Source: Antedon mediterranea
Taxonomy: Eukaryota; Animalia; Echinodermata
Reading direction: 5' to 3'
Length of the DNA: 64,000 nt
Assembly: GCF_964355755.1 (NCBI RefSeq)
Contig: NC_092675.1
Span: forward strand, 26,942,912 to 27,006,911
Positions 50,841 to 63,407 of this stretch are shown in pieces. The notes under the pieces were generated by a model. It did no database searches and was not told the origin of the DNA. It worked only from the letters and a program-made list of their open reading frames with translations. The first letter of the stretch is position 1. Each line of letters opens with the position of its first letter. The translations under genes were made by a program, and so were the position numbers.

Positions 50841-53723
50841 TAACCAGGGGCCCAGGTACCTACGCCACTGTTGAGAATACATACATTTACCTTTTCACCC
50901 TTTATCGGCTTTGCTCTGGAGCGTGTATTTCTTCTATTTATAGTTTTGTTTGTATTAACTTACAAAAAATACATAAAAGATACATAAATCAAACTCTTTA
51001 TTCGGGGCAACGAAACACGCTGCGTTTTATTCATTTTTTATTTTGCACAATACAATAGAGTCTTCGATGCGTTATAACATTTCTCGGAAAAGTTCTTTTT
51101 CCGTCGTTTCGCCCTTTTTGTGAAAATAATGATTAAGCAACAATCACAACAAATAATAATTGCATGATAACAAGACAACACGCAACAGACGCACGGAACT
51201 GATGTCATCATCCGGCAGAATCACTTAGTCATCTAAACATGAAAACATTGAAACTGAAATATATCATATATAAAAAAACAATATAAATTGATAAAGAATG
51301 TTAGATGGAGTCTTATTTCATTTGGAGTGTCTGTAGGCCTACGTTACAGTATTGACAGAATTACAAAACGGATTGACTAATAAAACAAATGTAATGTTTC
51401 ATGAATAAATCGTTTTTATTTGAATTGTTTTTTATTATAAAAATAAAAAGAATATTTGGAGATGAATTATTTAATGATTTCTTAATACTAGTTGAGATGA
51501 CCTACGATAATAAGCATTCAGATACAGAAGAGAGGTGACGGATATTTTGGTAGTAAACCGGGAAGAACCAGCCGATTCTCGGTACTGTATCTATTTCCGA
51601 AGTAGGCATATCATAGGAATATTTGGTAATACAACATCACATGTGTTTCACATGAATCTAGAGTAACCTAACCCTTCACCTAACCTTACATGATACAGGC
51701 ACTACATGTGATGCTGTATTACCAAGGCCTATGATAGATAGTATGTGGAGATACAACTCTGGGAATCTGGTGGAAGAACTCCTTCGTCGATCAGCTCATA
51801 GAGATATTATATAATATCTCTATGATCAGCTCCAATCCAACGTTTCTTTCATATTGTTTACACCATTTGTTCATTAATCATGTATTACATTCTTCCTGCA
51901 AAGGAAATGACTTGACACTATACGGTAAACACCAGGCGGTAGGTTAGCTTGTTTGTACAACAACAAGTAATATTTACTTTAGTATTTCTACATTATTTCT
52001 AGATACAAAAGAGCTTTCTTGGAAAAGTTCGTTTCTTAACGTTTTCTGTAGAATATTCTTTTGTTTACTAACTTTAAACTTTTGTGAAATAAGCGTCTGC
52101 GCATGCCCTATCGTCGCCATCATTTTCCTTATAATTATTGTATTATATACAGTATATTTTTATATAACTGTTATTGCACGGCATCATCTCTGTCTGCGGA
52201 TGTACTTGAGTACATGGGTTATTTGCTACATCATGATTGTGCGTCAGGGAGAGCGCCCATCGGGGAGGATCGACCATGTTTGTCGGTGAGAAGAAATTAT
52301 ATTTCCTGATAAAAATAAATATTGATATCTAATATTTATTTCGATGTCTCTTCGACCTCTGGCGGCCCAAGCCAATAGAGTAAGCCTCTCCCTCACCACT
52401 CACTGTCGGTCGGGCAAATCTTGTCACCAAATCACCCCTGTTTTATATAATAATTATAGTGGAACACATTTCACAGGTAACTTGCATTCAGTATTTTCAT
52501 CTGCGTATACCTGTTTTATACGGGTGTAGGCCTACGTGTTACAGACGTGTCAATTGCAACATTAACAACATAATGGTCTTATATAGGATTTCTCATACAT
52601 CCAAAAAATAAGAATTATGGAATTCCCCTTTTACCAGCTGCATTCCGGTGTAAATCGGAAAACATACTAATGTCAGAGGAATGCATTTACGTCATGAATT
52701 ATGACAATTATATACCAGTCATAAAGCCATTAAAAATGGTGTTTGGATGACGTAGCTGGTGTGGAGAGGTTACCTTTACAAAGGCATATTACAACAGGTG
52801 TGTTTATTACAGTATTACGGTTGGAACGTTACACAAACGAATATTATCAATGATTTTCGTTTGATGATCCATTGTCATGAAATCCTAGACTTGCTCCAAG
52901 TCTGTATTTATTGTCTTTTTTTATGTTATTCCACACGTCGTCGTTTTGATTTTTGTCTGAAAATACGTGACTTGTACTTTCTCAATAACACATACGGTAG
53001 TCAATGCATTGGTATATAAGACTGACTCTGTTTATATACTACTTTACTACAGTACTATTTAATACTCTTCAAAATAAATTGTCATCAATCAGAATAAAGT
53101 AAAACTCATAATAGTCCAGACAGTAACACAATAACAATGCGCATGCTCAATAGATTATTTGTTCACTAACTGTTATGTAATTCTCTTCTTAAATTATGTT
53201 ATGAACAATACATACGTACATTATATTGAAATCGTCTGGTAAAGAGTCAAACTTAATTAATCCCTTTATTAGGCATATACGAAGTGTTCTGAATGTTGGA
53301 TAGATTTAGACGACTCATCTGATCCAAGGACGCCTGCCCCACCTACCCCCACCAATAATTCCCAGAAATTGTATTGTTGTTTGGCCTAAATTTATGCGTT
53401 TTGTTCAATTACTGATCGGTTGAAAGATTCACACCACGATATATTTCTTATAATGACGGGATTTGTTTGTATAATCATAGGAATTATGTATATTTAGATA
53501 TAAATAATCCAAGGTATAATAGTACCATTTGTACCGATGCCTACAATAACACAGTTGTTTATTACACAACCAATTGTTGTTGAAGTATAATAATAATTCT
53601 CATCCATAATAAACGATAATAAACGAAAGTAATAAAAGCCTAATATGGCATTTTAAGTCACCATCCGTCTACTTGGAAACTATTTAAGGTGATACCGTAG
53701 CGCAACACTTAAGCACTGATACA

Positions 53724-55525
53724 ATGATTGCTGTTAGTTTGATGTTGTTTGCACTGATTCAGTGCTCCCAATCATGTCGGAGCACAACTGATTGCACTGA
53801 AACAGACGTGATTCCAAATGATCCAGTTGTGACCGCTCCTTCGTTGACTGTTGAGCAAGCAGAAATACTGAACAACCTTTATCAAGAACTTATGCAGCTA
53901 CCATGTGATGAACGTCGGGAGAGAATCTATAACACGACAGTGCCGCCGATAAATTTGACCGAAAGCCAAGGGCTTGCACTCTTAGATTTGTATCCTGAAT
54001 ATTTTAAAAATAGAAGCGACACCGGTGACGTTTCCAACAAAACTGGAAGTTCATTTCTCAGTGAAAGGGCGCAAGTTCTATCCATTATTGTTTCTATTTC
54101 TAATTATTTTAATTGAACATGTATTCTGAAATATGATATTTTTGAAAAGGAAACCCCACTGATTTATCATTAGAACAAACCTTAAGCAATTAGTGGAAAC
54201 TTTAGTAAACAAATTCGAACTGCTGAATGAATTATAGAACAACATGCCGACAGCTATTAGTTATAACTTAGCAAGGCCAACATGAAAATAACTACAACGT
54301 AACGTAACGTACATAAGCGTGGTTCCCACACTAGCGACGCAACGCAAGGACGTAACACAACGCAAGTGAATTGACCAATCACAAGCCATGGCTTATTCGC
54401 TTGTGATTCGCTTGTCATTGGTCAACACGCTTGCGTTGCGTTCACGTCCTTGCGTTACGTTCTAGTGAGAACCAAGCTTGACGTGCATATCATATAATAA
54501 TCATAATCATCATAATCAAATAATCATCATATAACGTACAACGTAACGTAATCGTAATCATCATAATCAAATAATCATCATATAACGTACAACGTAACGT
54601 AATCGTAATCATCATAATCAAATAATCATCATAACGTACAACGTAACGTAACGTAACAAATAAACATTTTTTTTTTCAAATTTCAATTAATTTCTATAGA
54701 ATTAATTAGAATAAAAACACGTACATCCCTAAACAGACAGGTAATGATGTATTTAACTCAAGCCAACAATTTATCTTTGTCTTGCACCTTTATATTTTTA
54801 TTTTGCACCTTTATATTTGTAAATTTTTAAGATGTTTGTCCTTTTTATGTGTACATTATCATCTTAATATTGTTTTAATTCAGCCTTGTGCTGCGATTAC
54901 GGTATAGTGAATAAATAAATGAATAAATAATGAATAAATAATTTTTTTTAAGTAGGCCTAATTAGTTTACAAAAGTAACTTTCATGTTTTCATTTTTTTT
55001 TCACATAAATGAAGGGCGACTGTTGCTAACATATGTCCATTTGACTCTATGCTAGTTGAATATAATCTGGCTTTGGATGGAAATGGAGACCCAGTTTACA
55101 TTCCTCAAGTAAGTAGGCTATACTGACAACCCGAGTTGCTCTTTAAAACCACAGTTGTTTAATGACCACAATAAAATTGTAGTTGGTTGTTTTATATTTG
55201 AGACTTTAACTTTATTAGGCCACCGTCACGACTAATTATAAACTTTTTATTCGAAAACCCCAACATAATAAGTGTCGGATATGTCTTCTTTTTTTTTCAG
55301 ATTCCAACTGAAAATCCACCATTTTACGTACTCGATCAAACGTTTCAAGAAGACAAGTGTGCATATGTCGAATGTTCAGGCCAATCTTCTTGCCAATGTT
55401 TGGAAGAGCTTGGGCACACTGATCGCGCAGTCGTTAGTTATCTAGATGTACCACCAGGAACAAGTGCATTTTATGTCACAGACATAATGCTAATAGATTG
55501 TTTAGCATATGATATAAATGCCTGA
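53724..55525 (+). CDS. secreted neurotrophin/Spaetzle-like precursor, paralog C1 (221 aa; needs a GC-AG first intron)
   Basis: Exons 53724-54070 (donor GC|GCAAGT where C2 and C3 have GC|GTAAGT), 55015-55108, 55301-55525. Mature ANICPF...NLALDGNGDPVYIPQ|IPTENPPFYVLDQTFQEDKCAYVECSGQSSCQCLEEL...DRAVVSY...IMLIDCLAYDINA*. Confidence 0.8.
54315..54479. mobile_element. MITE (same family as 32137) in C1 intron 1, flanked by (AACGT)n and ATC-rich repeats
   Basis: aagcgtggttcccacactag...ctagtgagaaccaagctt; tandem repeats at 54495-54660. Confidence 0.75.
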
Positions 55526-57354
55526 CTACTAATTTCAATGTGAATAGATCTTGTGCGGTGGGTAGATTATGTAAGAATGCTGTCAGTACGATTTGTTCAA
55601 ATAGGTTGAAATTAAGTTAATTTATTAAACATAACATGTTTCTGTAAAAATTGGAATATAAACAATGAACTATGTCATCATAATTAATTACTGTGTGAGA
55701 ACAGCTCAAATACTAAGTACTCAAATAAATATTGTAAGTAATGGACCATCATCGTTTTGTAAAAATATGGTTATATTATAGATATATAGGTTTTCTAGAC
55801 AGTGTGTAATCTTTCCAAATTGTTTATTGCTTTGAAAATGAATCTCATTATTATAGGCCTACTCAAAACAAGGCCCTTTAATTACATTTTAAGGATTGAC
55901 AGGCTCAAAAACGGGAAAACCGACGGTCTGCATCGATACCGTCTTCTGGAGTACCGGTAGTGAATTAAGTTCGATGAAGACGGAAGAGCAATTTTATTTA
56001 AAAAAGTAACAACAGCCTTTTTTTTAAACGCTGGTTTAGTTATTCAGATAAATTCAATTTTCAAATTTTATAGAATTTTCAAGCAAATAAAAGACTCAAT
56101 ATATATTGGTAACAATTTATTTTGTAATTTGTGATTTTATACAAAAAAAATGTTCTATATAATTTGTTTGTAAACAATACGTCAATTCTGCACCTGTGCT
56201 GCCTTTATACTAGTGTTGTTGTTTTACTGAACACGAGATACTGTATACCAACTTTTTATATATATAGGATGAGAACGCACTGTACTTCAACAACAATAAA
56301 GGCACTGTACCAGATGTCTAAAAATAACTGTACAGTATAATTGACATATCGTATTTACAAACGATACTATGTGATCATGAGGTATGAGAAACAACGAACG
56401 AGAAGAACTGTCATTTTAAAAGTGTTATAAAAATATAAATTGTGGTTTGGCTCAATATAATATTATTTCGATGAGCTATTAAAAACAAATTCCACATAAT
56501 AACTGCTTGCGATACGAAAGCTTAACTCCATAGATCTGAACATACCATGGGGTATGTTCAGATCTATGGCGTTATACTTTCGTATCGCAAGCAATGTCAT
56601 ATTACAATTAGCGTCGTAACAGAAGTGTTCAGATTTGCCTAACTAACGCTTTCGTTTCAAGCTGTCGTCGAACGAGATCACAAAACCTAAGACCCAAGAC
56701 CCAAGATTACTAATAATTCTCTTTCGCACCTGCCTTGTATTTTAACTCTAAATTTGTTAACCAAATTTATCCTGAATACCAGACCAGTTATGTGAATCTC
56801 TTTCATAAAAGTACTTATGAGGCCTAATTCTAAGGTGTGGCATTCAAAATAAAGTTAGTTGAATTATTTTGGAGTCAAAATACAGTGCAGGTGAGAAAAG
56901 GAAACACCCCTAGAAACAAACACAATGGAGTAATATATATCAACAAACAAACCGTCCAGTGTGTTTGTTGTGAAACAAAGGTATATATTTACTCAACAGG
57001 CGAAAATATTGTGAGTTTATTTCTGTTTGTGGTAAGTATTTAATTACATTTAGGGCCTATGGTAAAAAACATTAATAAATGAAACCTACTATGTTTAAAA
57101 TTGTGTAGGCATATAGATAAACAATTATTTTTTTTAAGCTTGCGTATATCTTAGAATTTGTAATCTTAGGTCTTGGGTCTTAGGTTTCGTGACACCCATT
57201 GTGACACATGGGATTCCTTGTGTGGTGGTAGATGTGTTAAGATACACATTGTACTACCTTGATCATACTGTGATGTCGGTTAAAAGTGTCATAAAATATA
57301 AATTGTGGTTTGGCTCAATATAATATTATTTATTCGTGTCATTATCTAGAATTT

Positions 57355-57456
57355 ACTTGGAAACTATTAAATAACCACTCATGATACAATGATTTCCGTT
57401 AGTGGAAATGTTGTTGGCATTGATTCACTGAATGCACTCTGCTGAAACAAACGTTG
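57355..57456 (+). pseudogene. degenerate 5' relic of a C-type paralog
   Basis: acttggaaactatt...gatacaATGATTtccgttagt...atgttgttggcattgattca...ctgaaacaaacgt aligns with the C1/C2 promoter and exon-1 start (acttggaaactatt...gatacaATGATTgctgttagtttgatgttgtttgcactgattca...ctgaaacagacgt) with indels. Confidence 0.6.
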
Positions 57457-57465
57457 CTGAACCGG

Positions 57466-58241
57466 TTTTTAGTCGCGTGGAAGCGACTCTATAGTTCACT
57501 ATGTCGGTCGGTTGGTCGGTCTGTCTGTCTGTCGGTCTTTCTGTCGGTCTGTCTGTCTGTCGGTCCGGTATCACTATGCGTTTTATCGCTTTCTGACCTC
57601 ATCTTGATATCAGTTTAATCTAGCTAGGTCAATTTTTTACAGTATATTTCTTATGGCCAGGAATCAATGTGGTTATGTTTTCACGGTGCGCAATAAAAAA
57701 TTACGCGGTCTACGCACGATTTAACGAAATCACGTTTGTAATCATATCTTCACAACCATGAATCACAATTAAATTAAATTTGGTACTCATAAATGTCAGG
57801 GCATAAATCATCATATGGCAATACAATTGCGCATGCGTACGCGCGCTTAAAATTTTCAAAATTTATTTTCGATGAAATACGAGTACGTTTCAGGCAATTT
57901 TAAGCGTTTACAAAATTGCCATGAGTGCGCATATTTTTGCGCGCGCACTGCGCGTTAAATGTTATTGCGCACTCTTTTTGCACGATTTCTGTTTTCTTGA
58001 CTTACTTTTCAACTCGAAATTACGTTATACGAGCACGTCAAACGTGACAGGCTACGCACGTGTAAATTAAAAAAATATAAATGTTTTTAAACATTTCAAC
58101 ATTTTTAAACATGTTCAGTAATTTCGGTCAGTATAGTTCACTATGTCGGTCGGTCGGTCTGTCTGTCTGTCGGTCTGTCTGTCTGTCGGTCCGGTATCAC
58201 TATGCATTGTAGCACGCGACTTAATGGCTGTTGGCCTTGTT
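57466..58241 (+). mobile_element. DINE/Helentron-like non-autonomous element, copy of 45603-46432
   Basis: Same termini and near-identical body; inserted in a T run. Confidence 0.8.
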
Positions 58242-58546
58242 TTTTAATCAAATTTGTTCGATTTGTATTAATAAAGAATGGTATAATATAATCATGGAAA
58301 AACTATGCCTATTTAGAAGTAAATATAATTCCTCCAAGGTATAACAGTACAATTGTTGTACCGATGCCTACATTAACACACTATTTTTAACTATATTACA
58401 AAACCAATTGTTGTTGACGTATAATGTTCTCATCCATAATAAACGAAAGTAATAAAAGCCTAATATGGCATTTTAAGTCACCATCCGTCTACTCGGAAAC
58501 TATTTAAGGTGATACCGCAGTGCTACAAAGACATACCACTGATACA

Positions 58547-60155
58547 ATGATTGCTGTTAGTTTGATGTTGTTTGCACTGATTCAATGCTCCCTATCATGT
58601 CGGAGCACAACTGATTGCACTGAAACAGACGTGATTCCAAATGTTGCGTCCGCTCCCTTGTTGACTGCTGAGCAAGCAAAAATACTGAACAACCTTTATA
58701 AAGAACTTATGCAGCTACCATGTGATGAACGTCGGGAGAGAATCTATAACACGACAGTGCCGCCGATAAATTTGACCGAAAGCCAAGGGCGCGCGCTCTT
58801 AGATTTGTATCCTGAATATTTTAGAAGCGACACCGGTAAAATTTCCAGCAGCAACACTGAAAGCTGTTTGTTTCTCAGTGAAAAGGCGTAAGTTTCTTTC
58901 TATTATTGTTTACATTTCCTATAAATGTACTAAGTTATTATTTTATATGACCATAACATTCTCTAATATGATACTACCCTACTGATTTGTCTGAAAACTG
59001 CTGATTAATCATAAATAGAACATTTTTTTTTTGGAACAAGAATGCAAAGAATTAAATGTTAATGTTAAATGTTAAAACATTAATTAATATATGGTACGTC
59101 CCTAATAACAGACATGAAATGGTGGTGTATTTAACCAGAGGCAACAGTTTTGTCTTAGGTTTAACTAAATAGCAATTTTTTTTAAAGTAGGTCTATTGTT
59201 TACATTGGTCATTTTGAGGAGTATATTCACTACAAGCTATGTTTTCAGTTAGGCTCCTCCACTTTATATACGTTATTTGTAAAGGGAAATAAATTATATA
59301 AAAAACTTTCATATTTGTTTGTACTTAATGAAGGGCGGCTACTAGTAACGTATGTTCATTTGAACCTATTGAAGTAGTTTATAATCTGGCTTTGGATGCA
59401 AATGGAGACCCAGTTTACATTCCTCAAGTAAGTATACTGACAACCCGAGTTGTTATTTAACCAATTGACTGCCAACTTCGCGTTTATCATTGTCCGCAAA
59501 TGATCTAGGCCTATGTCTAGTAGGCTACTACTACTATTATTAGCTAGCTTGGCCTAGACCTTGCTAGCTGTACAAATATTGCTAAAAACCTTATAATAAA
59601 AATACATTTGCATGTAGAAATGTCTGATGACCATTTGTTTTATTATTTATTTGTTCAAATTATCAATATTTTATAAGTACATTTGTAAAATAATACTAAC
59701 CTGTCAAAAAATGTGTTTATTCTCGCATTGATAAAATGAGCTGACAAGCAGTACCTCTCAGAAATGTACTGGCAGTACAAAACAATGGGCCAATAAACAT
59801 CAGGCAGTCAATGCATGGTTAAACACCAGAGACATTCTCTATTGGCCGCGGATCACGAACAATTCGAAAACCCCAACCTAATAATCAATAAATGTATTTC
59901 TTTACTTAACAGATTGTAACTGAAAATCCACCATATTACGTACTCCATCAAACGTTTCAAGAATACTTGTGCGCATCTGACCAATGTGCTCCAGGCCTAT
60001 CTTGTCAATGTTTGCACGAGCTTGGGCACAGTGATCGCTCAATCGTTAGTTATCTGAATGCAACACCATCTGAATGTGCATCAGGAGGGCTAGGATGTAG
60101 GTTTTATGTCCAACCTATAATGCTAACAGACTGTTCAGCATATCTTATTATGTAA
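58547..60155 (+). CDS. secreted neurotrophin/Spaetzle-like precursor, paralog C2 (225 aa)
   Basis: Exons 58547-58887, 59334-59427, 59913-60155 (phases 2,0). Mature SNVCSF...LALDANGDPVYIPQ|IVTENPPYYVLHQTFQEYLCASDQCAPGLSCQC...SECASGGLGCRFY...MLTDCSAYLIM*. Confidence 0.88.
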
Positions 60156-62012
60156 ATGCCAACCAATTGTTCAGCTTGGTATATACTTTTTAGAACGATC
60201 TACATTTTTAATTTCAATGATTAGACCATGGAAGAAAAAATATTTTTGTTTTCCCTCCATGATTAGACCCAGTGTGTTTTTATTTTACCTAAGTTGTTTC
60301 TTTGGATATTGAATATAAACAATATGATATGTTTCATCATATTAGGCTAAATTACTTTTAAACAACTTAACACTACACAAATAAGATAAATATGAATAAT
60401 AAATATAAAATGTTGTATAGGTCACATAATCTTCAAATAAAGCAATAACGATGTTATTGTTCTTCTTGATCATGACGTCATTTGACTGGACAGTGTTATT
60501 AGGATGGAACATTTCTGATTTATGTTTTCTGTAGGAAAACGTATATATATCGTAGATCGTTATCGTCCGTAGTAGCCTATAAATGTAATGACAAAAAAAT
60601 ACGATGTGCCCATATATGGACATGATGATGTCATATCACTACCATATTTGGGTATATCACTGCCATATTTGGGCACATTACACTTATTTTGTCAAACTAG
60701 TTTGATAGTGTAGACAGATCTTAAGAAAGTTTGTGATCAACATACCCAGTAGCTTGCTAGATAAAGTGGTTTAAATAATATATAATAAAATAATATATAT
60801 ACATCTAGTTTTTGGGCTATCCTGGTCAAAAGTTATGTTATTTTTCTGCTTTTATTGTTTATTCTTATAACGGTACAATTTTATACAATTTCTAACGTTA
60901 TTGCTTGCAAACTTCTTGTTGATATTGAAATCATTGTTTTGTCAAATAAATGAATTAACACTACTTGAAAATCGAGTAATAATGTTTGATTATAAGATAG
61001 GGCCTATATACAATTTGCAAAATTGCTTATGCGAAATATGATATGAACTTTGACACAGGCAATAAGACTGAATCCGGAGGGTAGATCATTCTTTAAAGGA
61101 AAACGTCACTTAGCTAACTGCATGCCTTTCAGTATGCTATAAAAACAGTATTTAATGAGTTTAACAGTTTTCGGAACGAAACGAAACGTCACTTTCAGTA
61201 TGCTATAAAAAAACAGTATTTAGTGTGTTTTCGAAACATCATTATAATAATAATAATTTTATTTCTGTCTTCACCTTTAATGAAAATGACAACCACAACA
61301 GAAGTGTTTGGAAATCCTTAGTCATATACGTTAACTATTGTTATCACCGAATTCACATAAAATAAAGTCTTCGTCTTAAAAAAATAGCCAGGCCTATTAG
61401 TTAGGATCAATTGTGTCATTACTAGTAGATTAGAACTTTTATTTTAGTTTATAATGAACAAACACTACTATTCTTTTCTGGTCCAATTCTCCATGCCTAG
61501 AAGAAATAAAGAAACTTTTCCGCATTCCGATGTAAATCGGAAAACATTACTGCCAGATGAATGTTATTATATTCGTCATTTAAGATATGGGTTTGATGAC
61601 GCAGCCATCTGCATCAGTAAACGAAAGTAATTTTATAAAAAAAAAGCATCGCACAAAATACGTCAGCTATTATTAAGGCTGTTAATATTTTTGATTAAAT
61701 ATTAACGGCTGATAACTCATTAGATCACTCAGGTTAATACGTCATTATCATAGAGCTTCATGAGATAATACGCTTAATGTTCAAACTGTAAAATTAATTA
61801 TAGGGTATAACTATATAAATAATTTAATTGTACAGTAGAAACATCTCCCTCTATTGTTTTAATCAATGAAAAAGACAGATCCTATCCAGGGGCACCCGAT
61901 TAATTACAAAAGCCTTATAAGGCATCTTGTGTCACGGCCTAGAATCTACTCGGAAACTATTACAGGTGTTGTAGGATTTGATGTGAGTATACTCAATTAC
62001 TGTAACTGTACA

Positions 62013-63407
62013 ATGATTGCTGTTAGTTTTATGCTGTTTGCACTGATTCAATGCTCCCTATCATGTCGGAGCACAACTGATTGCACTGAAACAGACGTGA
62101 TTCCAACTGATTCAGTTGTGAAACCTCCTTCGTTGACTGTTGAGCAAGCAAGAATATTGAACAATCTCTATCGAGAACTTATGCAGCTACCATGCGATGA
62201 ACGTCGGGATAGAGTCTATAACACGACGGTGCCGCCGATAAATTTGACTAACATCCAAGGGCTCGCGCTCTTAAAATTGTATCATGAATATTTTAAGGAG
62301 ATGAGTCATAATAACAAAACGGGAAGCTGTTTTTTCGGTAAAAGAGCGTAAGTAAGTTTTCATAATTGCCTCTTTATTTAGCATCATGTTGTTGGTGTCA
62401 TTCTAAATAATATATAATATAATATTAACACAATTTTTGTAGACCTTAGTTTGGTTAGATTTAACTTATTTTGTTTTATTTCACTTCAATGAAGGGCGGC
62501 CAATATTAACGTGTGTTCACTGGAGGTTGTCAACGTAACTTTGAATCTGGCTTTGGATGGAAACGGAGTGCCAGTTTACATTCCTCAAGTAAGTTTTATT
62601 GACACGCTAGGTCTTCTAACGAAATACTCTCATCTATATATAAATTATGGTTAATTCCTACATAGGCGAGCACAATGGAAAAAGAGAACGTCCTTCAAAC
62701 CTTTTTACCCGAGTCATTATCATTCCGAGAACCATTATCTACACTTCCGAGCGAAGTATATACAAGTAGGCTACTTAATCTGCTCAGCTACTGTAAACCT
62801 AAACTGGTATATATTAACTGATTTGACCTTTGTATAACACTTTTTAATAGGTACTATATAACTAATATGATTTTTTTCTTTAATTTTATTCAATGTTTGT
62901 CTCTTTATAAAGCATGAAATGCTTGACGCTTAAGAAATACCCACAGAATCCGTAATTATAGTTGTAAATATTTGAGACTGTACTTTATTAAGCTACCGTA
63001 TAATCATCACGTTGTAAACTTATGACGAAACCCAAACATAAAGCTCTGACTAAACTATCAAACTAATTTGACAAATAACGTAGTGATATGACATCATCAT
63101 GTCCACATATGGGCACATCACATTTGTTTTGTCACGTAAAGTTTGATAGTGTAGACAGAGCCTAATAAAGAATAATTGTCATTAACAGATTCCAGATGCA
63201 AAACCACCAGTTTACAAATTCAAACAAACATTTCAAGAATACAAGTGTGTATCTGTCGAATGTGCTCCAGGCCTATCTTGCCAATGTTTGGAAAAACTTG
63301 GGCACAATGATCTCGCAGTCGTTAGTTATCTGGATGTACCAGCTGGAGAGAGCGCATTTTATGTTAAAAAAATACTGCTAAATGATTGCTCTGCATATAT
63401 TATGTAA
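62013..63407 (+). CDS. secreted neurotrophin/Spaetzle-like precursor, paralog C3 (215 aa)
   Basis: Exons 62013-62347, 62495-62588, 63189-63407 (phases 2,0). GKR site; mature INVCSL...LALDGNGVPVYIPQ|IPDAKPPVYKFKQTFQEYKCVSVECAPGLSCQC...LAVVSY...ILLNDCSAYIM*. Confidence 0.88.

Noticed and set aside
61866-62012. N-terminal extension of C3 in the ORF track (likewise 58520 for C2 and 12702 for A1)
   Set aside because: Paralog comparison places the start at the signal-peptide Met (62013, 58547, 12651); the extensions are not conserved.
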